Shown: positions 14,482 to 28,700 of the stretch, piece by piece
Numbering within the stretch: position 1 is the stretch's first letter
How the letters are laid out: each line of letters begins with the position of its first letter
The notes under the pieces: generated by a model
What the model saw: only the letters and a program-made list of their open reading frames with translations
What the model was told of the DNA's origin: nothing
Databases searched by the model: none
Source: Paraglomus brasilianum
Lineage: Eukaryota
Length of the DNA stretch: 51,680 bases
Direction: 5' to 3'
NCBI GenBank assembly: GCA_910592345.1
Contig: CAJVPI010000120.1
Location: forward strand, 1 to 51,680
Program-made: the position numbers and the translations under genes

Positions 14482-17294
14482 ACTGGAATTTACCATATGA
14501 AGTTTAATATGTGTTTTTGTTCATGGACTATAGGAGTAGAGTGTATAGCAACATTTGGAGGGGCATATAATGGAATATATTACTATAAAATATTATCGAT
14601 AAACAGTATGTAACAGTATTAATTAGTACAATAAAGTTATTATTATTCTGATCAACGACACTTAGGTATTATAACTCGTGATACTAAATTTGACTACGTG
14701 ACGTTCAGCAGATAAGGTACTGATAATTGTGTGAATAAAAGTTCCTCACGATAGGTACTGATAATTATTTCTAGCCTTCATTTTTACAAAAAAGACATTC
14801 GCGCGAATTTTCATTTTCGATCAGGAGAGATAGGTTGTCGCTAATATCGACGACGGACGTATTATGACTGTCGTAAGCGAAAGATCCTCTGTACATTGCT
14901 TAGCGTATTTTTTTTTTTTTTTTCGTTGACAACCAAAACAATCCCACACACATGTGCAAGCCTCGCATAAAAAAGTATAATACATAACTTGGTTTGCAAG
15001 CTTTTCAATGGTAACGAGGTCCTCGGAGTGGACAATCTGCGACAACATAACATCCAAAGAGTTTTTAAGTGCAGGATCAGATAAAACCGGGATTGATTGC
15101 TTTTCTTATTTACATGCATTTCTTGTTCATAGACTGTATATACACAATATATTAGATAGCAAAATCACAAATCTACCTAGAGCCGACTTGTATCCTACGA
15201 AAACGCCAAAATCAGGTTATGCAACTCAAATATTTAGGAAAAAAGTTAAAATTATTAATACACATATAACTTTGCACAAATTTATACTCATTTAAAAGCG
15301 CAAAAAACTGCTATCATATTTATAACATATTGCCCAAATATCTTGCTCCTTCATTGAGAAATCAAAATTTGAATATAGAGAGTACTATTCGCATCCCTTA
15401 AAGACATAACACGCAATGCAATTACCGTGAAGTTAATACACAAAAAATTGCGTGTGTTAGCTAGTAATATAATATAATTTTTATATAATTAAACGAGGGG
15501 AACTGGGATTTTGCTACTTTGGCAAGTTTGTGACTGGGATTTACTATAAATTTCGATATTTAAACGCAAAAAGGCATAGCATCGTTTACAACTTACATTT
15601 GAACCGTCCCAGCAATTCTGTTGGCGACCCCCGAACCTTTTTTGCTTGTAATATTGGACACCATTGTAAGTCACTTAGGATCGGATACGTTTAGTGTTAA
15701 AGGTGGAAAGTTTTTGAATACGTGTAACATGGACATCAAATACTTATCCTTTTTGTTCGATATTGAAATATGCCTTTAGTATTTTTCGAAAAAGCGAGCT
15801 CACTAGAGTAACTGCACGTGAGGAAAATACTCGAATCCAAAGCAATTAATGAGTATTTGTGGGAGGAATACATCACTACTTAATATTAGTCCTCTCAGCG
15901 CAGGCTTGTCTATAATGTGTCTCTACAAATTTACAATCACAAATCCGTTACAATAAATTATACACTAAGAAATCAAGCTACTCGGCTGTCCTCAATGCAA
16001 GTTTGTTAATGGCTAGGTACTAAAAGTAGTTTTTGTTACTATTACTATCAAAGAAACAATTTAGTTTGTGTAAATCTAAGTAAAATTACATTAGAAATGA
16101 AACTTCCCGTATTACTCTACCTTCCGTAAGTGGCCTAATCCGGCTTAATTCAGCCTCCTAAGCTTTCGTTCAACGACAATGACGCACACAAATAGATAAT
16201 AATAATAATCATTAGTCGAACAGTGTACGTGTGTATTAATTACACATCTTTACAACAAATTACCGGATTTCATGAAATTTTACTAGTAAACCATATGAAA
16301 AGTCGTTCTTTTCAAAAGTCTCTCTTGCTCATGTATGCTATGCAAATGACAATAGTTTCTGTATTAATTGATTGTACTTTCGGAAAATAATAACGATAGA
16401 TTTTACACATTATTATATAGTCGTAGCTCAATAAAAGGTAGTATATACAGTATGGTACGCGTGTATAACCATATATTTTCATATTGTAAGGTGAAATGGG
16501 ATATTGTGGCACAGTCAAAATTTTTACTTAGACAACTATGTAACATCTTATGATATCTTTGACACATAATTTACGCTCAAATTTAGGACAAGTCTATCAT
16601 AAAATATTGTTTATGACGAAACACTTTCTGCAGATGGAATAGAATTTTTGGGGAGGGTATTGTAGCAAATTTGCCTCTTTTACGTTATGCTGCTATCATG
16701 GTGAAGCTTTATTGTCAATTTCAGTCCCAGCCGGATGATGCGTGCTTCCTGACATTGTTTCCATACCCAACCCAATTTTTTCCCAATGATCCACTAAGGT
16801 AATTTCATTTGGACATTGGATAATGTTATTTAAGGCTTGATAGACGCGACATCCACTTCATGGATAGAATGCAGACAAAAATCAGATTCCACACCTCGAA
16901 ATTTTCCGATTAAAAAATATCTCTGAAACTCCTGTAAGAACTAAACTTTGGTTTATTCTACTGCTTATCACGCGAGTGATAAACTATCAATCCACTCATA
17001 TTGCCAAAAACGGTCCCTTCATATCAACTGTGCGAAATAATGTTGGTCTGCACCATTCGCCGAGAGTAGAGATGTGCTACTGTGATTACATCTCAGTCAT
17101 ATTATTGCATACTGAACTATTAAAATTAATAAAAACTTCAACGTAATATTTAATTAGTCTTTATTATTAGTAGTAGTATACAGTATATTAGTGCTCATGA
17201 TCTGTGTACGATTGTAATAGCAAACATGTCATCACTATTATTGATCTGAATTCTCTATCACGGCTTAGACAAACTTATAGTGTGTTTCGACTTA

Positions 17295-17608
17295 CAGTGT
17301 GTTGCGAAAAAAAATGGCGCGAAATAAACTTGTATATCTCAGCAATTACCCAACAGAGACAAATAAAGTGGATTTTAATGCTTATAAACTACTTTATTAA
17401 GTGTAAAAATTTTAATACGAAATATTATCACAAGTGAGAAAGGAATCAAGGAAAAGGGTGGTTTACTTTGCAAATGTAATTAATGACAAGTAATAGTAAT
17501 AGTAAATAAATTATATAATATAGAAACCATGTAAACAAATCGCGTTTTTTTTTGTTACTCGAAAAACTAATTTTTCAATTCATGCGCCATTTTTTTCGCA
17601 ACACACTG
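17295..17608. mobile_element. 314-bp Tc1/mariner-type MITE
   Basis: TA|CAGTGTGTTGCGAAAAAAAATGGCGC ... GCGCCATTTTTTTCGCAACACACTG|TA: ~26-bp TIR with one indel and a TA target duplication. Confidence 0.9.
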
Positions 17609-18102
17609 TATTACACAAGAACAAACTGTAAAAATGCCAACTTATTTATATTAAATAGTATTCTGTTACTCCAATGAAAAATATTGTCGACGACCAAAAA
17701 GGCAAACTTTAATTAACTATTATATTAAATAAAAGTAAGAGAGTAAAGTAAAAGACGATTATGAACAAAAAAAATTACAATGTATGTTTCAAAACAAAAT
17801 AAAATTAATCGATATAAAAAGTAATATATAAAAAGACCTAAACAAACAAATGATTAAATTTTCAGTTCAGAAGAAAAAACCAAGACTTCCTAGCGAGAAC
17901 GAGTTGAACAAATTTTGTACTGGACTTCGTTTTCATTAAAACTTATCAGATTTTATCTAACACAGACCTATGCACTTGATGGAAAACTCGCTTCTTCTGT
18001 TCGTTATCTTATGAAGGAAGCCAGCGAATTTGCATAAAGTCGTGTCTATTTCTTTTGTCACATCTTCGCAATAATATGGTCTGTCGATATTCAGCTTATA
18101 TA

Positions 18103-18925
18103 CAGTGTGGGACAAAAAAATCCGTAATTTAAGGTCGATTTAAACAATGTAAAATGTAAAATTATTGTAAGATAACGGAACTGCTCGTTTATAGGTACAT
18201 TATTTGCACTAATAATATTTCTTAATTCCTTTAACATTCCCAAAATTTATTCGAGAAACATCAATTAGAACGATGACTTCCAGACACGAGACAAATCGTC
18301 AAGCTATGCAACAATTGTAGGATCAACGCATTCGGAATGGTGGAGATTCATAAACGCGAGGTTGTTCCCACAGTATGGTTTATGGTAACATTAAAAAACT
18401 CAAACAATCTGGAACCGTTAACCCTAGCCCTAACCTTATGTTAAAGGATCTTTACTTCTGCATAAGGGATAAGATTTTTTCCCGAAATAATGAGCAGCAA
18501 TTTTATGTATACATACTCCGAAGACATTGATGACTTGTTAAGAGATGAATGGCGTTTCAACAAGACAATGACCTTAAAAACTTTCTTTGAGATAACATGC
18601 CTGAAGTTATAGACTGGCCCTTCTAACAGTCTTGACTCAAATCCAGCAGAGAATCTCTGTAATGATGTTAGAAGAAATGTAGAGAAAAAAATATTGGTGA
18701 TTTGCGGTCAATAAGTGGGATAATAATAATATTCCACAACTAACCCTAATTGGTTAGTACGATCAATGAAACGTCAATTCATAGAAAGTAACGGTGAACG
18801 CATTCCATACTAAATTTTTTAATAAAATCCGCTGGTTTCGGCTTTCAAATGGTATAAATCCATCTTATTTGCACTACTGATTCTTGCGTAATGCGTAATT
18901 TTGTATTTTTGTCGTGTCCCATGCC
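18103..18925 (+). mobile_element. Internally deleted Tc1-like transposon remnant
   Basis: Left end TA|CAGTGTGGGACAAAAAAA. Fragments (F)QQDND, VIDWP-SNSLDSNPAENL (Tc1 WPxxSPDLNPIENL motif) and IESNGERIPY*. Degenerate right TIR near 18900-18925. Confidence 0.8.
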
Positions 18926-19686
18926 TTCTTAGTTGTTTTTGCATAACGAATATTTTTATAGGCATACTAATACTATGAAGAGAACACAAGCTTTCTTTTT
19001 AGACTATCAACCTATTCTTGTTGAGCTGGCGAGCAATATCGCGAGTCAGAGCATAGATACACAGATACGATGTACTCCATTAAACTACATGCACGATTAA
19101 TACAAGTTGTGTTACAAACTTGAATAACTTATCCGCGAATAAATGACAACCAAACCCTGCAAACCACAGTCAACAGAGGTTCGATATCAACGAAAGTTTT
19201 TTCCAACAGTCTGACAGAACGTGATGTGAATGGTGATCCGTAATAGGAAATAAGTAAACAGTGTACATGTTTTGTGTAAGCTATGCGCATAATGGTAGTT
19301 AGTAGAAAGGTATTTTTGTGCTCTAATATGGTAATGTCTTAGAAGGTAACATCGTTGGATGTTATTGGTCGATACTACAATCCTGTGTTCTCGTTTATTA
19401 ACAAACTGGTAGCACACATTCTATTGCGTTTTGAATCCCAGATTAATAATCAAGAGTAGTGTCTAGGAAAACAACGTGTCACACATTAGAGATAAAACAA
19501 ATATTAAAATGCCTGGGAGAGAAAAGAGCAAGGAGAAATCAAATACCTGACGAACCGAGAGAATCTCGTAGTCAGTAGTGAATATTATACAAGACTGCTT
19601 TATTAGTGTAGCCTGCTGTGTTGACCCCGACTATCAACCAAACAATTATATAATACGTCTTTGAAAGTCTACAACTAATCGAAAAG

Positions 19687-21135
19687 ATGACTGTCCGCGT
19701 ATTAGATGACTATTATCTTGGAATTACTGCAATCATCACGATTGCATACCAAATGAGTTTTTTTGTAATTGCTTGGTTCTGTCAATTTGATAAAGTGACG
19801 GACTTTGCTGGTAATGGATCCATTGTCTTATTGATTGGAGATTTACGTTAGTCTTGGATAATATGTAATGACGGATATGATATTATTATTATTTTTTTTG
19901 CTTAGGTGGATCGAACTTTGCTATCCTGGCGTTAATAACTTTGACATTCGGAGGAGTAAGTATCATTCCTTGTGAATTTACATAGTGCCTTTCATCCGTA
20001 ATAACTAATCCTATTTATCAACAGACATATCACGACGGACAAATAGTAGCATCAGTCTTTGTAATTACATGGGGATTCCGCCTAGGACGTAAGTCATTCC
20101 GACTAATCTTTAAGCTCACTGCTAGCTCTTAACAAAATATTTCTAATCGAAAACCCGATTCTAGTGTTCTGCCTCTACAGAATACTTAAAACGGGCCACG
20201 ACTCTCGATTCGATGGTCGTCGCGAGAACTTTGCTTCATTCCTTGGTTTCTGGATTTTTCAAATTATCTGGGTCTGGATAGTATCATTACCAGTGACCTT
20301 AGTAAACTCACCGAGAGTTAGTACAATGGAGTTAGACGGACGAGATGTTAAATTTGGAAGTGCTACAGATATTCTTGGGATTGTGCTTTGGGTCATAGGC
20401 TTTTTATGCGAAACTATTGCGGATGCACAGAAGGTAACTGTGGTATTTGAAAAAGTGCAGAGTGTAGATTAAACAGGTTATTAAGAAATAAGTAATGGAT
20501 AATATACAACTGATATAAAATTAAACTTCTGATAAATCTTGATTGACACCTGTATTTGTAGTTCCGGTTCAGACAGAATAGAAAATCATCAAAAGAATTC
20601 ATGAAGAGTGGAATCTGGGCGTGGAGCAGACATCCAAACTACTTCGGGGAGATTGTCGTGAGTAATCAAGAGGGAGACACAAACTGCTACTGTAATTTTA
20701 AATTACCAATTATTAAACTTTTTTTTGCTCTCAGCTTTGGTGGGGAATATTTCTGCTATGTCTTGAGCCAACGCTATCGGGCAATACTAAAGTCCCATGG
20801 TTATCGATTGCATCACCCATTTTTACCATGAGTATGATTACATCCTTTATTTATTCTCTCTTAATGTCTAAATTTCACTCGTTCTAATTTATTCCTTGCC
20901 GGCTCTCCTAGTTATTCTATTGGGCCTCTCAGGACTACCTTTTAATGAACGCCCGACAGCAGAGAAACAATACACTTCTGGCAATTGGGATAATTATTCC
21001 GCATATTTAAAAAGAACGAGCATACTTATTCCCTTCCCTCCGGTCATATACGAGAAATTCCCGCAGTGGGTGAAGAGCACAATATTCCTCGAATTTCCCA
21101 TCTATCGTTATACACCTCAGAATGACATGGCCTAA
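19687..21135 (+). CDS. DUF1295 (steroid 5-alpha-reductase-like) membrane protein, multi-exon
   Basis: Motifs MTVRVLDDYYLGIT...QFDKVTDFAG-GSNF, WGFRLG, RILKTGHDSRFD, ETIADAQKF, SGIWAWSRHPNYFGE, LSGLP, YLKRTSILIPFPP. GT-AG introns. Confidence 0.9.
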
Positions 21136-21463
21136 CGATCACAGAAAAGAAGATTTGGAATTGATTTTTGAATTATAGATTATATGTGTGACGTTGTAAT
21201 TTACAAAGCATTAATATATGTATGATTATTTTTCACATTAAAACTTTGTTTAATCACAAGCAACCAGAAATTAAAGCTAATTTTACTATAAATTACCAAA
21301 GTTCTATGAGATTTTACTCTAGCTTGTATGGCATTCTAGTACTCAGCATGTTAATAATGCTGATTCCTAGATATTCCTTGCTTATCCTCAACAGCCTCTA
21401 TTTCCCACACAACCTTCGTCCTCGCCATCTGAACTTTCTTCCTTCTATTCGATAACATCTTCA

Positions 21464-24400
21464 TTATCCGGTCTTCCCTTCACCACCCTTCCACGATTCT
21501 CCTCCACCTGCACTCCCCGTTCCATCCTTGCGACCCCATACTTTTCCCGCCAGAACTTTAAACTTCGTTGCGGCTGCACCACCTCTATCAGTAATAAACC
21601 GCCTGTCGGTAGTCACTCCTGTTGCCAATGTCGTAACGTTAGCGAGAGAGTTTGTTATATAAGATCCCAGTTGCATCGATGATAATACAGGAGAGTTGTC
21701 TTGTAGATCATTATGTTGCGCAACGCGTTTCTGGAATAAGTCCGAGATGGCTTGTTGATCGTTTTTTTTTGTTCCCTGGTGAAACGAGAAGATTAAAAAG
21801 ACCCCACAAACGTGGTATTGATAAGTCATTCATATACAAAGATAGGTAGACACAGACGAGGATTCATGACTGCTATCTAGTATACCTTTAATTCCAAAAT
21901 CTTTTGAAAGTTATTGACATTCCTATCCTTAATCAGTAAAATATAATTGTTTACTATTGCTTCGGGATCGTCGTGCGAGAGAACGACCTTTAGGATGGAT
22001 TCTATTTTTGTTATTCCCCTATTTACTAGCTTCACAAACCTAGAAGATAAAAGTTTGGTAAATAAAACGGCTCGCATAAGATAAGCACTTCAGACAAAAT
22101 GATTTAACTCACGTAGTTGGTTGTTGTGTAATGCTGTCTGAATTCATCATTGGCAATGTCAAGAGAGTTGTCTTTAAAGATTGGATATCAAGAAGCATCT
22201 ATCGTTTACGTAATATATAAGAACAAGAAATGGAAGTGTGTTGCGTTACAGCAAAGATCACGACTGATACCTGTTCGGCGCCATATGTTGATATGGGTTT
22301 ACACTTTGCTAGATTATTAATTATTTGATAGAAGAACGAACTAAAATAAGCGGATTAAGGGTGAGTAAATATGGGCTAGTTCCTTTTAACTTAAACATCT
22401 TTCCAAATACTTACTCAACGAATTTGTCACAAAAACTTCTGAAATATCTTGGACTTGTGATATTTTCATTAATTAAAACCATGTATTGATTCAATATAGT
22501 CTGAAGCTGGGATATGTATTCGGATTGATCGCCCACAGAATCAAGAGTACCCCAAGGAATACGGGACATTGAAGAGAGAGCTGGTTCACAACTTAGTTCA
22601 ACTCCTTTGACAAGAATTTTCAGTGCCGTCGAGATTACCCTGAAATTGTGAAATAAGGGATGATTAAGTGTGTGTACGAGATCACTGTAAATAGAAGAGA
22701 GACTTACGTTAAAAAAGATTCGCGTTCAACTTCAAGACTGACTTTACTTTTATATCCTTCGTAAATTTTCTCGATTAATTTCTCTTCCAACTGAATGCGC
22801 AATCTTTGTAAGTCTTTTTTTTTTTTAAAGAAAGTTTAATGTTACAACAGCTCTTAATACATGCCTGCAAAGTCGTATTATAACAATAATCTGCCGTGTT
22901 AATAATCATGCAAATAGACTTTAACTCATTCCAAGTCATCACTCTTCTCTCATCCCTAGAATTTTACATAGTAACAAGTATTTTAACAACATTCGCATGA
23001 ACCATCATGTGTACCTCAGTTTTCCATCTCATCATAAAAACAAATAAACAAACTTTGGCAATCGTCCAATTAAGACATCATTTGCGTAAACCTTCAGCCA
23101 TTTCCCAAATATCAGGCATAAATCATAAAACGGTTTTCTAGTTGATAATTTTGCGCAGTTTGCAAGCGTTTCACGGTAATAATAAAATAAATCCTTGCTT
23201 GAGGGAAGAACAGAGTTTGTAGAATCGTCTCCCGGAATGAATTCGGTAAGGTAAGATGTTATCATATCCGACAGCAATCTTTGAGGATAAGTCGTGAAGG
23301 AGGGTTAAAAAAGTAAACGTGGAACATTATTAGTTGGACGCAAAATGTAACGTTCTTATGGACAGAGAAATATAATCGACCGTACTTGTCCTCCGCTTTT
23401 ATATATATTGTAAGATGTGGTTCAAAAGAACAGGAAATACTCCTTTCGAATTTAAACCGACCGGGTTCATCTGATTCTGCGTCATTCTACAGCGTGAGTT
23501 ATCACATTTGTTTGTTAATAAACAAATTATTGCATGCTAGCCTTTAATCAACAAAAAAACGTTAGCGTAATTACCATTGAGCTAAATCTCTTTTCAATCT
23601 GCGCTTCAAACTCTATGGTCAATTGCAGATTTTTCAACAAAGTCTTTACATCCAAGTCAACAGTTTTCTCAAGAACTTTGGTAAAATCTTCTCTGTGATA
23701 AAAATGTTAAAATATTAGTCAAAGGTAATGGCATAGAACATATTTGCTTATGAGAACAGACCCTTTAATATTACCGTGTAATTTCACAGAATTTAGAACA
23801 TAATTCTTCACTCAAACGCCAACGAACCGGAAATATGGAAGCATGTTCTTCGTCGTAACTCTTGAGAGCTCGTTTCAACCATGCATACCGACGAGGTGTA
23901 TTCTCAAGAGAGGCAATCTACGAGAATATAATCCCAGTCAGTACCGAATCTTACTTCAATCAATATATTCTGTAGAATAACGATTTGTAAATAGACCTCG
24001 TCATTTCCTCGGAATAAACGCTTGTATTCGCGTAACTGCTGCTCGCAGTACCAATTTATAAGTTGAGTTCTAAAGTAATACGACAATTTTCCAAGATAAT
24101 TAACTGTCTTACACGATGTTTGTTGTATTATCGATGACCATTCCTTAATCATACCTGACGTTTGCACCCATAATATCGATCACTAAACATCCATCCGACA
24201 ACGGTGCTGTTTGGACAGTCAGGCTTCCATCGGACGCAAAACTGTTATTAAATAAATAAAGGTATATAAGTGATATAACAGACAGTACAAATTAATTTGC
24301 AAGTTCAAGGAAACTTCACCTTGATTCAAAGTCAAGAAATATTTGTTTCCTCAGACCATCCTGGAAGGCGTTAACTGAATTGATCAAGTCAGCTATCTGG

Positions 24401-25346
24401 TGAATGCTTTTATAGCTCTTAAAAAACGTGATAAGTTGCAAAACTGCCTAGTGGGAAAGAATTGTGTTTTTCAAATTAGTTAACCACATTGATATTAAAC
24501 GAATACTGATGCAAGCATACCTGCAGCAATTGCGCAGTCTCCCTGTACTGCTTCATCTCTGCCATTATTCTCAGTTGACCCACTGCTGTGACTATGCATA
24601 CATGAAAAATGTTTCATTATTAAGTATAGATGATGACAATATTTGACGATTCGCTTAATTACCTAGCATTTGCAAACGTTTTAAGGCAGTAATAGAAATA
24701 GTCAAATGTCTCTTAGCGTAATCAAGAGATTTAATGTCTTGCGTTATCTCTTGCACCATAATCTCAGACTGAGAAGCTTTCTCCTTGATTTGCTTGATTC
24801 GCTCAAATAATTCCTACACTTACAGAATTCAATGAACAGGTCGATATAGAGTGGAAAGTTCTAACTCATGCAATATTCCATGAAATTGGCTAACCAATCT
24901 CATAGCGCTTGTCTAACCTCGATAGCTTTTTTTGCTTGAATGACCTCCTCAACCCCTTGTTCGCCAACGCTTATTTGCATTCTCGTTAGCTCTCTTATTT
25001 CATTCTCTAGTAAACGCATTTGCTGTTGGAGTTTCTGTGACGCAACGTCAATCAATGACAACGATTGTTCTTTATTGAAGTAAGAATAACAAACATGAAT
25101 ATGATTGTGTTATGATTAACTTGTCTCCTCTATAAAAATAACTGCCGTACCATTTGGTAATAACAAGTTTATGTATTTGATAGGATTGAAATCAGCACTA
25201 TCCAGAGGATCACTAGTCTTCAGGATTCTTATTACAGCAGCCTCAAGATCCGCCGGAAGCTTGATATGATTTGTTTGATCCTCATCAGGATCAATCGAGC
25301 CTCGGGTAGATGTTGGACTCTCAGCTGCAGCGTCTGGCATCGTCAT
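21464..25346 (-). CDS. VPS53: GARP complex subunit Vps53, many exons
   Basis: Motifs [111 protein letters not shown]. Confidence 0.95.
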
Positions 25347-25739
25347 AACTTGGGAAGAATCTATCCTATTGCTTTTTATAGAGATACTTGCATTATGTGT
25401 AACATTCCATCCAAACTGCCAGTCCGGAGAAATCTGTACTTCACATCGGAGTTGCGTCTTAATCAACTATGAAGATCTCCGCTTATTCTTTAACTGATAA
25501 AGAACCAATCGATACATGTGCATGCAATGCTAAGCCCTCGTGCAAGTGGCGTGAGAATCAAACCCAATAAATCCTTCCCCTTCTACGCAACTCCGAGGGG
25601 GGGAGAAACTTAGCTGGGTTTTTGTTCACACCAGACTTTGGTGTAACGATGTGTGTAGAATTTATAAATACCGAATGATGTGAGTCATACCCATTCAATT
25701 AATTTCCAAATTTTAAGATTATAAATTTCGTGTGAAGTT

Positions 25740-28700
25740 ATGGGTAAAAATACGCCCAAGAATAACTCCCCAATCATAATACCAATCGCTCCCATCGAGG
25801 ACGAACCATTATCCAGTATGGTTGAGAATGCCAAAGTAGTTGCAACTGATACCTCGCCTCCGCTACCAGCATTAATGACCCAAAACGATAACCGGGATAT
25901 CATATTGCAATCAACAGGAAACGGAAATGGAGATTCCGAGGAGAGGAATTTGACGTATGTATATGAATTTGTGGTCAAAAGATAAATAGTGACTAAATTA
26001 TGTGAATTATGTTAGATTGCATCATCCGGGACACTTCCGCGAAGATCCAGTTGGATTTATGATGGCGATGGGCGCATTTTATCAAGGAACCGTAAGTATG
26101 TCCATTACGATTTATTTCCATTGATGTTTCTGGCTAAGTTTAAATAATTTCCGTTTAAAGGGATGGAGAAGTTACAAAAATTATATTGGTGCGCGGATTC
26201 TATACGAAGGCTACACGGAAGAAACTAAAGAACGAGTGTTAAATAGCGAAAGAGGTTTTTGTTATTTCTCTTTGTCGTTTGTGGTGATATTTTTACAATG
26301 CTTTATAGAAGAAGAGAAACAATTGATTCTGGTTTTTTAGTTCGTTACATGATTGCTTATCTTGCTGAAAAACAGGCCAATATACTAGCTGCTACGTCAC
26401 CAAATGTCGATTTAAAGATTATTGGAAAAAAGAAGAAACATTTTGAGAAGGAGTTGGAGGCTGTCGCTAATCAGATGGTCGAGAAGCTCGTCGCCGATTT
26501 GAGTAGTTTGAGATTCGTAAGGTTTGTGAAATTTCAGAATCTGTGAGGAAATCTATCATCTGAAGGTTTGCTAATTATTGGAAGATTTCATTCAGGTTGT
26601 TTGGATTTTTCGTAAACAACATTCTAGTGAGAATGTACCATCAAGGCGTTCACATATCGGAACGAGAGTTTTTGGAGGCAAGTCGGCACTATCGTCTCGA
26701 ATTTTATTATCATTATTCTACACTACATCTCAGACGCAATCTAACTCGATCCGATTTGTTTTTCTTCATAGCTCCGTCGAATAGCTATTATAGCTGCCCA
26801 GAATAACCACTCTCTTATAATACTCCCCTGCCATAAATCCCACATCGACTACCTCGTTGTCTCTTACATATTTTTTCGTCTTGGCTTAGCTCTCCCTCAC
26901 ATTGTCGCAGGCGATAACCTTAACTTACCCATTGTTGGTCGCATTCTCAAAGGTGGTGGAGCATTCTTCATTCGCCGATCTTGGGGTGAAGACTTGCTTT
27001 ATGGTTCTGTTGTTAGAGAATATGTCGAAGGACTTTTAGAACGGGGACATAATCTTGAGTGTTTTATCGAGGGGACGCGAAGTCGAACGGGAAAACTATT
27101 GCCACCAAAATTAGGGGTCTTGAAAATAATGTTAGATTGTGTATTATCCGGAAGGGCAAAGGACTGCTGGCTTGTACCTATGTCGATCCAGTATGATAAA
27201 GTTATTGAGACAGAGACATATGTTAATGAACTGCTGGGGAATCCGAAAGAAAAAGAAAGTCTATGGGGGATAATGACGAACACAAGGCTGTTGCAGCTCA
27301 AGTGGGGAAGGATCGTTGGTGCGTGTTGGTTTTCTTGTTTGAGGGATTTGGACATTGGTTGTAGATTTTGTTATGTGAGATCCGACCCATGGCTTCCACT
27401 AGTTAGCTTTGGAGCCAGGATATTGCGGTCACGTTGTGCTTGTGCTTGATCTTCATTCAACTAAACGCGGGTTGGAATCTCACATACAGCATGGATATGC
27501 ATTAATTGCTGATCGCATCCACAAACTTTCAAATATAGTGCGATTTTCAAAGCCTTATTCGTTATCACAATTTATTCAGGCTCAAGTAGGGCGGAGAAGG
27601 TGAGGGCACGTTATTGGGAAATTCGAGTCATCCCAATGGTTTTTTGGATAACAAATTGTTTTTCTGCTGATTAGGACGTTTGATCCGACTAATGAACAAA
27701 ACAAAGTTACATTATTGCGAGCATTAGGATACAGGTGAGTTACTGTTCTTCGTTATTAATACGTTGATCGACCCGTGTTGACTCTCTTTTTTCCTGTTTG
27801 AACAGAATCTTGTCAGATATTGTAAGTTTAGACTTTGTGGCTGTTCTATGACATGATTTTGAGTGATAATGATCCGTAAACTAAGGCGTTTTTCTACATG
27901 AAAAAAAAAAAAAAAAAAAGAATTCGGCATCAGTTGTAATGCCAACAGCGTTAGGTATACAAGAACGCATACTCCAGTTTCCTTAGGTTCGAATAAAGGA
28001 TACTTACACTTGTCTTTTTCTTTTTCAGTTGGCACCATAATTCTCACTTTGCGTGGTCGGGTACTATATAATTATATATATATAGATCTCTTTTTCATTT
28101 CCTTTACATTGGCTAACTTGAAAACGCGTTAATTAGGGTGTTGGTCGAGCTGAATTAATTCGACGCGTGGATTGGCTGAAGGCCGCCATAGTAGTGAAAG
28201 GAGGGCGTGTCGCTGATTTTGGTGATATGACAACGGGAGAGATAGTTGACCGGTAGGTAATAGAGAGGGGGGAGACTGATAAATAAGAGTAATGGTATGG
28301 ATAACTGACGATTTAATATTATTCAAGCGCAATGAATGTATTAAAGGATTTGATAAAGGAGAGAAAAGACTTGCTGGAGACTGTTTTTTGTGCAGAGAAT
28401 CGTTTCGAGTTAAGTTTCTATCGTAACCAGGTTTATATTAATTAAATTTATTTAAACGTCAATGCCGAGTTATGTATAATGCTCTATATGCTAATGATTA
28501 TCTGTTGTAGGTTATCCACTTGTTTGTCTCCGAAGGTGATTATAATATCGATTATTGCCTTGTTTAATATGCTCGGTGTTTATTGATATAAACTTTACGT
28601 CCAAAGCTATCGTTTCTGCGGCCATGTACACAAAAATCAAAATCGGTGGATCAAAATCGACACAAAGATTCGACTTTCATAAGTTGCTAGAAACCGTGAC

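Noticed and set aside
12441..14500. Antisense and alternative-frame ORFs over the RBR gene (and similar ones over LCB2, the acyltransferase and the channel)
   Set aside because: These are shadows of real exons or of the repeat; the hydrophobic FLVSLT repeat is just the reverse complement of RKVNET.
14800..17100. Short ORFs and coding-like patches between the RBR gene and the MITE
   Set aside because: No recognisable motif or consistent exon chain; likely decayed sequence.
18418..18437. TAACCCTAGCCCTAACC as interstitial telomeric repeat
   Set aside because: Fewer than three imperfect units, inside a Tc1 remnant.
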